DNA of 64,000 nucleotides, from positions 124,001 through 188,000 of the forward strand of contig CBFFRQ010000017.1 of assembly GCA_965644315.1 (NCBI GenBank), in the 5' to 3' direction. The notes below the pieces were generated by a model, which was given only the letters and a program-made list of their open reading frames with translations, ran no database searches and had not been told where the DNA came from. Of the stretch, positions 24,075 to 36,000 are shown piece by piece (position 1 is the stretch's first letter; each line of letters starts with the position of its first letter). A program made the translations under genes and the position numbers. This DNA comes from Caecitellus pseudoparvulus (taxonomy: Eukaryota; Protista; Bigyra: Bicosoecida).

Positions 24075-26280
24075 ATGGCAGCTCGCTCACCCCGCAAGGT
24101 GCGGGATAGGACCCAGCAAAACATTGAGAAGATCAAGGAGCAGAGGGAGGCGCGCAGGGAGCAGATGGAGGCTGAGAAGGCAGCCCGCGCAGCGTCTCGA
24201 GCTCAGATGGAGGCGGCTGGCACACCCGGAGATGTGGACTTCCAAAGGCTGGTGCACGACTGGAGGGTTAGCCGTGGGGCGGAGGAGGAAGCCCACATCC
24301 CGCCTGGAAATGTCCGCATCAACATCGTGGCCCGGAAGCGGCCCATCGGGCGCAAGGAGGTCTCGCGCCAGGAGTACGACGTCGTGACGTGCCTGAACCC
24401 GACAGTTGTGGTGCACTATCCCAAGACCAAGGTGGACGGCATCACGAAGTACCTTGAGAACCAGACCTTTGAGTTTGACCATGTGAGCGCCGCCCGCGTT
24501 TCACCCGGTAACGGGCGCTGCTGCCGCACTGCCTGCACACCGGCTGTGTTGCGCAGACATTTCACGAAGGTTGTTCCACAGACATGGTGTATGAGTACTC
24601 AGTGCTGCCACTCGTGGCGCACATTTTCACGCCGGGGGGACGGGCCACTTGCTTCGCGTACGGGCAGACAGGCAGTGGCAAGACCTACACTATGTCTGGC
24701 GTGCAGCTGAACGCTGCGAGAGACATCTTCCGCCTCATGCGCTCGCCCGAGCATGCTGACAAGGACCTCAGCATCTACACCGCCTTCTTCGAGATCTACG
24801 GCGGCAGGTGCTTCGATGTGCTGCACGGCCGGTCCAAGGTTGTCATTCGGGAGGACGGGCGGGGCAACGTGCAGGCAGTGGGGCTGCGCCACGTGCCCTG
24901 CGCCTCTGAGGAGGAGCTGCTGGCCATCATCGAGGAAGGCAACGCCAGCCGCACCACTAAGAAGACGCACATGAATGACGCCAGCAGTCGCTCGCACGCG
25001 GTGTGCGAGATCCTGGTGAAGGACGGCCGCGGGCGCGTGTTTGGTAAGATGTCCCTCATCGACCTGGCGGGCTCTGAGCGGGCTGCAGACGCACGCCACC
25101 ACGACCGCCAGCGCCGAGTCGAAAGTGCGGGCATCAACAAGAGCCTTCTGGCGCTGAAAGAGTGCATTCGGTGCGTCTCCCACGTGCTCTGGCGCTGCCA
25201 ACACCCGCAACCCACCTTCCCCCCCCCTTCCGCAGTGCACTGGGCTCCTCGGCATCCCACGTGCCCTTCCGCGCTTCCAAGCTGACCATGGTGCTGAAGG
25301 ACAGCTTCACAGCTAAGCAGGCCCGCGTGGCAATGATCGCCACCGTCTCCCCCTCCTCCACCTCAGCCGACCACACCACCAACACGCTGCGGTACGCTGA
25401 CCGAGTCAAGGAGAAGAAGGTTGGCGGCAAGGGTGCGCCCAAGAAGCCGGGCGCCTTTGGCATCGGGGGACCAGCTGCCGTGGACATCCAGTACCTGCAG
25501 CGGCCCGTGGCGGGGGGCCAGGTGGACTGGAGTGGGAAGGGGCCAACGCCGTCCCCTGCTCCTGCCCCGGCGCCTGGTCGCGGGGAGGCAGGGCTGCCCC
25601 CCTCGTCCTACGGGCGGGCCGACCCCGCGCGAGGCGGAAGGCCCAGCACACAGTCGCACGCCAGTGCAGAGGACGCCAGCGAAGGCAAGAGCGCGGGTGG
25701 CGAGGGGCGGCGAGGGAGCGGCGCGTCTGGCGCGCCCCGGCGCAGCCGTGGGGGGAGGGGCGGCGGCCGGGCACCCGCCCCGCGACCAGAGTGGGTGGAC
25801 GTCACCGACACGACGCCGGAGGAGGGGTCTCCCTCGGCGCCCAGCTCGCCCGCCGCCGCGGCTGGGGGGGAGGGGGGCCCCGAGTCCCCCTCCAGGGCAG
25901 ACCTGGAGCAGCTGGCCCGGACGATGCGTGCAGAGGCGGCAGAGGACGGCCTGGCCTTCGACGACGGTGAATTCGTGAACATCAACCTGTGCCTGGACAG
26001 GGTGGTGGAGCAGGAGGAAGCGCTGCTGGCCAGCCACATGTCCTCTATCCAGCGCCACGCGGAGTTCCTGACGGAGGAAGGCGGCCTGCTGTCCAAGTGC
26101 TCTGGCCCCGACGTCGTGGACTACGACATCGACGCGTACACCGCCAGCCTGGAGAGCATCCTGCAGAACAAGCTGAAGGACACCAAAGCCCTGCTGAAGC
26201 AGCTGCAGGGCTTCCGCACACTGCTGCGCATGGAGGAGAAGCTGACCATGCGCAGGGGGGAGGGCAAGACCGACGGCTGA
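24075..26280 (+). CDS. Kinesin-13 family microtubule depolymerase (KIF2/KIF24-like)
   Basis: KVD loop ([20 protein letters not shown]), [36 protein letters not shown], and C-terminal VDYDIDAY coiled coil. Two introns. Confidence 0.93.
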
Positions 26281-26301
26281 GCGCTTGCAATGCAGGGCAC
26301 G

Positions 26302-27567
26302 TCACACCTCCCGCGCCACGGGCAGCTTGCGGTGGATGTCGAAGATCACCTCTGCGTCCACAGGCCCCAGGCGCATGAGGCCCATGACGGCCTCAGTGGG
26401 GGAGATGCTGCCCCTGAGCACGGCGTCCATAGCCTCGATGATGGGGACATCCACATCGTGGCGCTTGGCGAGGGCCAGGGCGGCAGGGGTGGTGGCCACA
26501 CCCTCCGCCGCCTCGGACATGCCTGCCAGCACCTCCTCGATGCTCTGGCCCTGCCCCAGCTTGACGCCCACAGACCGGTTCCGGGACAGGCTCCCGAAGC
26601 ACGTGAGCATGAGATCCCCGACCCCAGAGAGCCCTGCGAGCGTGGCTTGCTGGGAGCCCATGGCCACTGCCAGCGCGTTCATCTCCGCCACCGCCCGGGT
26701 GACGAGGAGGGCAGTGGTGTTGTAGCCAAGCCCCAGGCCCTCCAGCACACCCGACGCGATGGCGTACACGTTTTTGAGGGCGCCACCGACCTCCACACCC
26801 ACTACATCCGTGGTGGTCCACACACGAAGGGAGGAGGAGGCGAACGCCTGCGCCACTTCCACCGCGATGGCCTCGTCGCGACACGCAGCTACTGCACCAG
26901 TGGGCCACCCCTCCAGGAGCTCCTTCGCGAAGGTGGGCCCTGAAAAGAGGGCTGTCGGCTGGTCGCGGTCGAGGGCTTCGGGGATGAGGTCGGACATCAC
27001 CTGCAGCGTCTCGGTGTGCAGACCCTTGGAGGTGGACACGATGGGCACGTCTGATGGAATGAAATCCTGCGCAGGGCCAGCGTGCTCACTGAGGGCAGGG
27101 GGGGGTGCCCCTCACACCTACCACGACTCACTTTCAGGTCCCGCAGCGCGTCTCGACTGGCCTGCACAGGGATGCTGTGCACGATCATGCTGCAGCCATT
27201 CAAGGCCTTGGCGGGGTCCAGGGTTGCTCCCAAGTTGAAAGGCAGAGGGTAGTCCGTGAGGTAGGAAGGGTTGCGGTGCTGAACCTGGATGCTGCGCACT
27301 GCCTCTTTATTGCGCCCCAGCAGGACCACTTGGAACCCGTTGCGTGCTGCGGGGCGTGCGGCTTGCAGGTTGCGCGCAAGCTTCGTTTCAGTCACGTTTC
27401 AGCAGGCTGCTCTCACCGAGGACAGTGCCCATTGCAGTGCCGAAAGACCCCGCACCAAGCACCGTGACTTTGCTAGTCTTTGGAATGATGTTTGGCCTTG
27501 CCTGCCCCGAGGAGCACCAGCGGCTCCCTGCCCTCTTCGCCGCGCTCACAGCTCTGGAAAGCGCCAT
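26302..27567 (-). CDS. NAD(P)-dependent glycerol-3-phosphate dehydrogenase (GpsA-like) with a probable mitochondrial targeting peptide
   Basis: Rossmann VTVLGAGSFGTA, NPSYL, SKGL, SGPTFAKE, GGALKNVYAI, GVGDLMLTCFGSLSRN. Two introns. R/S/A-rich N-terminus MALSRAVSAAKRAGSR. Confidence 0.93.
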
Positions 27568-27890
27568 GAGAAGCGTGTGTCTCTCGCCGTAGGAAGGCTG
27601 AAGCAAGGCTCCGTTTTCGCAGCAGCACAGCCTTGCACAGAACAGCAGGGGCGGTTTGGACTATGGAAGCGTGCGCCAGCATCTCAAAAGTGTCGCTTGT
27701 TTTCCTATTGCAAGTGAAGCGCGAAAAGTGAGTAACAAACAAAGGCCAGAGCTCCGGAGGCACGTAGGGTTCGGTTCGCAACTTCCAGCTATAGCTATCC
27801 GCACTGGCATTGTTCTGGACACACCAACGCTCAGCTGATAGTTGGGCATGTGCCACACTCTGCATGCATTGCTGGTGGCGGGACAGGAAT

Positions 27891-29710
27891 CTACTCTGCT
27901 GCAGCAGCGCCGGCAGCGGCGATGGAGGAGGAGGAGGCCTCAATGTCCGAGCTTGCGCCACCCACGCTGCCGATGCCGTACACCTCGAAGCCAATCTCGC
28001 GCAGAGCAGCGTGGTCCACGATGTTGCGGCCGTCAAAGAGGAAGGCAGGCTTCACCATGCTCTCGTGCAGCGCGGCGTAGTCGTACGTCTTGAACTCATC
28101 CCACTCCGTCATGATGGTGATGGCGTGAGCGCCGGCGCATGCCTCCTCCGCGCTGTCCACGATCGTCAGGCGCGTCTTCAAGTTGGGGAAGGTCTCCTCC
28201 GTCATGCCCAGCGTGTACTGCAGCTCCATGAACATGCCCTCGGCAGTGACCTTGGGGTCGTACACCACGACGTTGGCGCCCTCCTCAAGCAGGTTCTTGG
28301 CGACGTATGCGGCGGCCGTCTCACGGGTGTCCCCAGTGTCCTTCTTGAAGGCGAAACCCAGCATGGCGATGCGCTTGCCGGTGACGGAGTTGAACATGCG
28401 CCCCACGACGTTCTTGGCGAAGCGGTCCTTCTGGTAGTCGTTCATAGACACCACCTGCTCCCAGTACCCTGCCACCTCAGACAGCCCGTACGTCTGACAC
28501 AGGTACACCAGGTTCAGGATGTCTTTCTGGAAGCAGGAGCCGCCGAAGCCGACGGAGGCGCGCAGGAAGTAGGGGCCGATGCGCTTGTCCGAGCCGACAG
28601 CCCGGGCGACTTCCGTGACATCTGCACCGGTGGCCTCACACAGAGCTGAGACGGCGTTGATGGAGGAGATACGCTGGGCGAGGAAGGCGTTGGCGACGAG
28701 CTTGGAGAGCTCGGAGGACCACAGGTTGGTCGTCAGCAGCTTCTCACGGGGAACCCAGTGGTTGTACACAGAGCACAGGGTGGACACGGCCATGCGCCCG
28801 GCTGGGGTGGGGTCTCCGCCCACCAGCACGCGGGAGGGTGCGCGGAGGTCGTCGATGGCAGTGCCCTCGGCGAGGAACTCGGGGTTGGACACGATCTCGA
28901 AGGAGACGCCGGGGGTCTGGTTGGCCTTCAGCACGCGCTTCAGCGTCTCTGCAGTCTTGACGGGCACGGTGGACTTCTCCACGACGATCTTGTCGGAGGT
29001 GGACACCTTGGCGATGGTGCGGGCGCAGAGCTCCAGGTTCTTGACGTTGGCGGCCTTGCCGGCGCCAATGCCATACGTCTTCGTGGGGGTGTTCACGGAC
29101 ACAAAGATGATGTCTGCCTCCTTGATGGCGCCCTCCACATCCGTTGTGAAAAACAGGTTCTGTGCATGGAACGGGGGCAGAGCCAGGTGCGCAACCGCCG
29201 GCGCCAGCGTGTGTGGCAGCTGCCGCTGAACGGCAGCTGCATGGAGCGTTCAGACACCACCCCTCATGTACTTGAGCAACCACGCGGCTCAGTTAGGGGC
29301 ATGGAGAGCATGGAGCAGCGATCGGCTCGAGAGAGCGGGTGCTGCCACGCCTCGCCGATGAAACGCCGGCATGAAACCTCACCTTTCCGCGCACTGCCTT
29401 GACGCACTCATCCAGGCCAGGCTCGTAGATAGGGAGGTCGTCAGAGTTCCAGGCATCAATGCGGGGCTTGGCAATGTCCACGACAGTCACCTGTGAGGGC
29501 GGGGTGGGACGGCAAGCCAGCGTGCCGCACAGGCGTAGACCCGCCGACACAGCCACCCAGTTTGCTCACCGTCACGTCTGGGACCTTCTCGGCGATGATG
29601 GCCATGGTGGGGCCGCCAACATACCCTGCGCCGATGCAGCAAATCTTCTTGCCGGCAACGTCCACCTTCTCCCATGTCCAGGCGCCAGCAGCGACTGTGT
29701 GGGCAGCCAT
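27891..29710 (-). CDS. UGDH: UDP-glucose 6-dehydrogenase
   Basis: [38 protein letters not shown], catalytic [27 protein letters not shown]. Two introns (second 29160-29382). Confidence 0.97.
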
Positions 29711-29977
29711 GGCGATCGTGAAGGGAAGTGGCGGGGTGAACAGCTTCAGGTTGGGAAGCAAGCGCGAGGAGCGTGAGCGCTGTGGAGTGGTGGGGAGTAG
29801 GAAAGTGCATTGGGTCAGACACTGGCACTGCAGATGATTGTTGCCCATTGGTCAGCGGGATGCCAACGGGGGGGGTCGCTCGCTCGGGTGCTGGCTGGTG
29901 CTGGCTGGTGCAGGTGTGCGGCACGCACACAGACGGGCGGGTCACAGGCAGAAAGGCGGAGCAGGCCTGGAACACGT

Positions 29978-30455
29978 CTACCTCTCAGCTTGGGCTGTGT
30001 GGGGTGTCAGCTGCGACGTGTCCACCCTGAAGCCGTCCCCCACGTTAGCCCAGCGCTCGGCGTCCAGGGCCAGCAGCTCCTTCACATATCTGCTGTCATT
30101 GAGGGCGACCGTGAACTTGGCCGAGTCTGTCTTTGTCGGTGACAGGGATACGATCTGCGTGGGGGTGGTGAGAGGGGCAGTGGCGGGCACTGGCACATGA
30201 ATGAGGGGGAGTCGGATGCTGCCACACCTGCTTCTTCCGCCTCATGTCTGCCAGCACGGAACGCCTGAACTTTGCCTTGGAGGGGACGAGGGACTCGTTT
30301 CCACGCACACTCCTGTACAGCGAGTTGAGTGTGACAGGGCCCTCGGCCTGCTGCAGCGCAGTCCTGACCAGTGTGGCAGCAGTCATACGCTTGGCCAGAG
30401 CCTGCCTGAAGGCAGTTTGGCGCACCGCTGCGGAGGTGGACGCAGCGGCAGACAT
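29978..30455 (-). CDS. Small basic hypothetical protein (about 135 aa, 2 exons)
   Basis: Exon 1 MSAAASTSAAVRQTAFRQALAKRM...DMRRKKQ spliced via GT-AG to exon 2 IVSLSPTKTDSAKFTVALND...AQAER*. No family recognised. Confidence 0.55.
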
Positions 30456-31150
30456 GGCCGGCGCTGGGTCACTGACTGGCACAGTCTTTGAGGCGCTCGC
30501 ATACGCGGCTGGGGCTCGTCTCGTGGGCGGGGGTCGTCTGGAGTGCGGCATGTATTGCCGCCCCAATTTCCGCAACATGACGGATTCCTGCATCATTCGC
30601 GCGACGCATTTTATGAAGCCCCTGCGGCAAAGTTGCTCCTGGCGCAGCACTTTCCCACGTCATCACACACTCCGTACCGCACACCTGTGTCTTTGTGAGA
30701 GAGGTGAGTTGTTGTTGGTCCGCAGTCCCCGTGCCGCTGTGTCCGACGTCGCAGCATCAGCACAAGAACTGTGCCTGCGCTCTCCAAACTGCACGCTTTC
30801 ACCGAACCCGTTGCTCCTTTCCAGGCAAGCGCTCGACTGCAGTTCTCTGCTTAAACCGTTGATCGCATCATCAACCATCGTAAGTGCTGTGTCAGCTTGA
30901 TCAGTCTTGTGTGCGGCCGCCGGCCGGGGCGCCTTGGTCTGGTGTGTTGGTGCAGAGTACACAGTCTCGAGGCGGTGCCGCTGCCGGAACTGGGATGTGT
31001 GTGTTCCTGCAGCCAGTCCGAGCCCTCAGTAGCAGTTGGCTCCTTTCTGAGCCCTTGCCATAGCTTGGGGCCTCGCCTTCGCGAGCTCTGGCACTGTTAT
31101 CGTCGTTCAGCAGTCACTCAAATTCCGCCGCCCCACCTATCACGCAGACC

Positions 31151-31510
31151 ATGGCCAACCTCGCTGCCCTGTCTCCCGCCGAGAAGGAGGACCTCGCCGT
31201 CTCCCTGGCAACCCTCATCCTGCACGACGGTGAGGTCGAGATCACCGCGGACAACCTGAACGCGCTGACCACCGCCGCCGGCATCGAGCTGAAGCCCTAC
31301 TGGGGCAGCCTCGTGGCCTCCTTCGTTGAGGGCAAGGACCTCGATGACATCCTGCTGAAGCCTGGCATGGCCGGCCCCGCTGTGGCCGCTGCCCCCGCTG
31401 GTGAGGCCGCTGCCGTCGTCGAGGAGGAGGAGGAGGAGGAGGAGGAGGAAGAGGAGGACGTCGGCGGAGCTGGCGACCTGTTCGGCGAGGACTCCGATGA
31501 CGACTGGTGA
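31151..31510 (+). CDS. RPLP1: 60S acidic ribosomal protein P1
   Basis: [33 protein letters not shown], Ala-rich hinge, poly-Glu, acidic C-terminus [12 protein letters not shown]. Confidence 0.93.
   Translation: MANLAALSPAEKEDLAVSLATLILHDGEVEITADNLNALTTAAGIELKPYWGSLVASFVEGKDLDDILLKPGMAGPAVAAAPAGEAAAVVEEEEEEEEEEEEDVGGAGDLFGEDSDDDW
31421..31458 (+). repeat. (GAG)n coding microsatellite giving the poly-Glu of P1
   Basis: Run of 12 Glu codons, all GAG except one GAA. Confidence 0.85.
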
Positions 31511-31718
31511 TCACCCTGGCCTGCGTCTCTGCAATGCACACGCGCCACGGTTGTCCGACCCTGCTTGCTTTTGTGGCAGCCTTCGCATTCTCCTCGCTGC
31601 CCCCGGCTCACACAGTGCCTGGCACCACTTTCCATGCAGTGCCGCCCGCCCATTCCACCACCCACGCCCAACTTTGAGTCCGCACTTAGAGCACCCACAG
31701 CTCCCGCTCTTGCCCACC

Positions 31719-33436
31719 ATGTCAGCTCGCAAGCGCCCTGCTGAGAGCTCTGTCGCCGCTGCCGCAGCAGCCGCAGGCGCCAGTGAGAAGCGGGCTCGCC
31801 CACTCGTGGACGACTCTGACAAACACACGTACCAGAGCGGCTTTGGCAATGAGTTTGCCACGGAAGCTTTGAAGGGTGCGCTGCCGGTGGGGCAGAACAG
31901 TCCCCAAGTTGTGCGTGGCCAAGGGAGTGCCGCGGCCTGGACCACACGCAGCATGCCACGCGCGCCTCTTTCCCCGCTCAGTGCCCATACGGGCTGTACG
32001 CCGAACAGCTGTCTGGGACGGCTTTCACGGCCCCTCGCAAGGAGAACCAGCGCAGGTGCGTGACGCCTCAGCCTGCAATGTGCACCTCATTCCACCATCA
32101 GTGGGGCGGCTAGTGCACTGCACCTGTCCTGCCTGCCGCAGTTGGCTGTACCGTGTGAGGCCCAGCGTCATGCACGCGCCGTTCAAGCCGGACGGGCGCT
32201 GTGCCCTGTGGAAGTCGGACTTTAGCGCCGAGACTGCCGACCCGAACCAGGTGAGTTCGGCCGTGCCAGGGCGAAGGCGTGTCGGGCGGTGACGCTGGCG
32301 TGATGTGGAGCTGCATCAGCCTGTCCACCCGCTCCCCTGCACAGATGCGCTGGCAGCCATCTCCAGCGCCCGCGAAGCCCACCACCTTCCTGGAAGGCAT
32401 CGTGACCATGAGCGGCGCTGGAGACCCCTGCTCCAAGACTGGCATGGGTGTCCACGTGTACTCCTGCAACACCAGCATGGAGCGCACTGCCTTCTACAAC
32501 TCAGACGGCGACATGCTCATCGTGCCGCAGGAGGGCGCGCTGGAGGTGCGCACTGAGCTGGGCCCGCTGCGCGTGGCACCCCAGGAAATCGTCGTCATCC
32601 CTCGCGGCGTCCGCTTCGCCGTGAGCGTGGAGGGCCCCTCTCGCGGCTACATCTGTGAGCTGTTCCAGGGACACTTCGCCCTGCCGAACCTGGGCCCCAT
32701 CGGTGCCAACGGCCTGGCCAACGCGCGGGACTTCTTGTACCCCACAGCTGCGTATGTGGACGAGGACGAGGAGTGGGAGGTGCTGAACCGGTACGGCGGC
32801 GCCATGCACAGCACGGTGATGAAGCACTGCCCCTTCAACGTGGTGGCGTGGCACGGAAACTACGCCCCCTTCAAGTACGACCTGGGTCGCTTCAACACCA
32901 TGAACAGCGTCACGTTCGACCACCCCGACCCCAGCATCTACACCGTGCTGACTGCGCCCACCGACACGCCGGGCGTGGCTGTGTGTGACTTCGTCATCTT
33001 CCCACACCGGTGGATGGTCATGAACCACTCCTTCCGCCCGCCCTACTTCCACCGCAACTGCATGTCTGAGTACATGGGCATGATCAGCGGCAAGTACGAC
33101 GCCAAGGTGGGCTTCGTCCCAGGCGGCTCCTCCCTGCACTCGTGCATGACACCCCACGGACCTGACGCGCCCACCTTCCTCAAGGCCAGCTCAGAACACC
33201 TGCAGCCGCAGTGGTTCGACAAGGGCCTTGCGTTCATGTTCGAGAGCACGTATATGCTGAAGCTGACGCAGCACGCCCTCACCTGCTCTGAGCTGGACAA
33301 GGATTACTTCAAGTGCTGGCAGCAGCTGCCCAAGATCTTCGACCCGGCGACACCTCACGTGACTGTGCCGGAGTCTGCGGCAGCAAAGGCAGTGGCAGCT
33401 GCCGCAGCTGAGGCAGGGGCGGCAGCGAAGAAGTGA
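31719..33436 (+). CDS. HGD: Homogentisate 1,2-dioxygenase
   Basis: [20 protein letters not shown]|[72 protein letters not shown]. Three 5' introns. Confidence 0.97.
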
Positions 33437-33585
33437 ATGCAGCTGCGCTACCTTGGCGAAATGCGAGGGGGGGGGGGGACAGCCGCAGGCCTGGTCCAAA
33501 TCCCCCCTCCCACCAACTCCTTACGCGCTGGTATGCTGGCCTGTTCTTGTCGTGTTCTCCACCTCCTTGCAGGCCCTGGTCTGGC

Positions 33586-34678
33586 ATGGCGTCCCGCTTT
33601 GATGGGCAGCTGTCGGCTGCCCGCCGCATCGTGGACGTGTGTGCACCGCAGCGCAGTGCCCAGGCCGTCAGCGCGCGCCACCGCCCCCTCCCGCGACCCG
33701 CTCTGTGCCCAGGAGCTAAGGGAGCTTCTTGACCAGCGCGAGCGTCTCGCTGCTGCCTCGGCGTCCACGTCTCAGGTGAGAATCCTCGAGGTGGCAGCAG
33801 GCAACCCCTCCCGTCTGCACCAGTTGCCGCCATGTGCTCGTGCAGGTGTCACGCTCGTTGAAGGAGAAGCAGAGGGCCCTCACGAAGCGAATGCGAGATG
33901 CAGATGCAACTCTTCGCAGCATGCGTGCTGACCCCACCTCGTACTCGTTGTAAGTGTCGCCGAGCTCCAGCGTGGTGCAGTGCACTTTGGCATGTGGTGC
34001 CGGCACTCCCTGGCGCTTCCCAGGTCAAGCGGCGAGTTGAGCAGGTTATCCGCAGACTTTAAGCAGCTGCAGGAGGAGCAGGCGTCCATCAAGGGCGCCG
34101 TGCAGAACCCCCCCAGCGGGGACCGCACTGCGCTCATGGCTGGGGCCACAGCAGGGTTCGCTGGTGCTGGCTCGGACCGTGGCGCAGAGACTGCCCGATC
34201 TAAGAACATGACCAACACTCAAATGATGGCGCAGTTCGAGGAGGACACTAAGGAGCAAGATGCCATTCTGGACGACCTGGAAGCGGGCGCAGATCGACTG
34301 GCGCATGTTGGGCGGGCAATCGGCGACGAGGCTTCGGCACATATCGTGAGTGACAGCGCGCGGCCCCGACCCTGCGCCTACCAGCGCTGCCAAGACGTAC
34401 CAAGCAACACCCTCGCGCCGACCTTCCCCTTCACAGCGCCTCCTGGATGACCTAGACCCAGAGATGGACACCGCCCGAGACAAGCTGCGCACGGGTACGT
34501 TGGCGTTGTGCGCCTGCGGCTTTCCTCGGCGCGCCTCACTTCCCTGCCACTGCTGGTGCCCACAGAGACTAAGCACATCAAGAAGGTGACAGTGAAGACG
34601 CAGTTTTGCTGGCTGTATGTCGTGATGTGTTTGCTGGTGCTCGTCTTGGCAGTGTTGGTGTTCATGCGGTGGGGATGA
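33586..34678 (+). CDS. Qc-SNARE, syntaxin-8/SYP5-like, tail-anchored (6 exons)
   Basis: Five GT-AG introns join an N-terminal helical domain to SNARE motif EQDAILDDLEAGADRLAHVGRAIGDEASAHIRLLDDLD...ETKHIKKV and a C-terminal TM helix CWLYVVMCLLVLVLAVLVF. Confidence 0.82.
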
Positions 34679-35038
34679 GATTGGGTTTCAAGCCGGGGCG
34701 GCGCTGACGCAGGCAGCAAGGCAAAGCGTGGCCATCTTCGCCGCCACCCTGTGTGCAACACTCTCTGCAGCGTCCCTGGCGCCAGTTGTCTCGCATTCAC
34801 GCTGTGCGAGGCGGCGCTTGCTGGACCAAGCCGCGTTCGCGGGCCGAAGCCTTTTCTTCAAAATTCACGCACTGCCTGAACATTGGCCACGTTTGCGCAA
34901 ACCTGCTCCTTGCCACGTGCCCCGTGGCCCGAGCCCACTGTCAAGCAAGCATCCTTGCGTGGAGTGTTTCTGCGCCACTGCCAGACACTGCCCCTCCCCC
35001 TGCGCTCCGGCCTGCCACCTGCACAAGCCACCAGGACA

Positions 35039-35473
35039 ATGCCTTGCTACAAACTCATTGTCTGGTCTCGGCCAGAGGCAACTCCAGCAGAGCTGGCCAA
35101 GACCTTCCGCGGCTTGGCCAAGCTCGTGTACCGAGAGCAGGGCCAATTCCGCACGCTTGCCAACAAAGGCGTGCGGCCCTTGGCCTGGCCCATTCGCAAG
35201 CCCTATGAGAAGTTCGACGAGGCACGACTGGTCGAATGCTCTTTCGATGTCTCCCCCTCTGGCAAAGAGCAGCTGGAGGGCTTCCTCACCAGCGCCGAGG
35301 AAGTGCTGGCGTTCACGCACTTGAGGGATGACGGGCCACTGGCAAGCTTCAAGCGCGGCACAAGGAAGGTCCGCACCAAGCCTGTCACTGCACAGATGTT
35401 GAGCCAGGGTGTCCTGTTTGACCCTGAGACCATGAAGCCGACACTGACGTCGCTGCATGCAAACCAAAGGTGA
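35039..35473 (+). CDS. MRPS6: Mitochondrial ribosomal protein bS6m
   Basis: MPCYKLIVWSRP...GQFRTLANKGVRPLAWPIRK...FDVSP matches the bS6 pattern (MPxYE...GxxxLAYxIxK). Confidence 0.8.
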   Translation: MPCYKLIVWSRPEATPAELAKTFRGLAKLVYREQGQFRTLANKGVRPLAWPIRKPYEKFDEARLVECSFDVSPSGKEQLEGFLTSAEEVLAFTHLRDDGPLASFKRGTRKVRTKPVTAQMLSQGVLFDPETMKPTLTSLHANQR

Positions 35474-36000
35474 CCGCACGCCTCCATACCTGCCTTTGCT
35501 TCGGGGGCTTGTTAGAAAGTTTGAAGCTCGCTGCGCAAGGAGCATGTACGGCGCTGCCTCGCTCCAGATCTGTGCTGCATTGCCGGTGTCGTCGTGTCCC
35601 AGGCTTGACTCTGCTGCCGCTTCACCAAGCAGGGGGGAGTTCCACTCCCGCAAGTGCTCGCCCGAGGGCGCAGCAAACTTGTTGCTCGCGTGCAACTCGA
35701 CCACCCAATGCATGGTCCACACTCGGCGCTCCAGTGTGTGCTGTGTCGCAGAACACTCCCCTGCACGGACGTGGGAGGGGGGCTCAGCGCTGCTGAGGCT
35801 TGCAACGCCAGTCGGCGCTCCTCGGCATAAACCACGCGTCACTCAAAGCGAAGCACTGAAACGGCCCAACCCCATTTCATAACTCGTATCAAAGTCACTC
35901 TTTTCTGTTTGCCAGGGGTTGTTCCCCCGTCGGTTGCCCGCCTGAGAAACAGCGGCAGCACGCGTTGCCACCACGCCGACGAGCGCAAAGCCCCTCCACC

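Noticed and set aside
33466-33512. G-run/C-run hairpin after HGD resembling an intrinsic terminator
   Set aside because: Eukaryotic locus, no U-tract, and homopolymer runs pair trivially.
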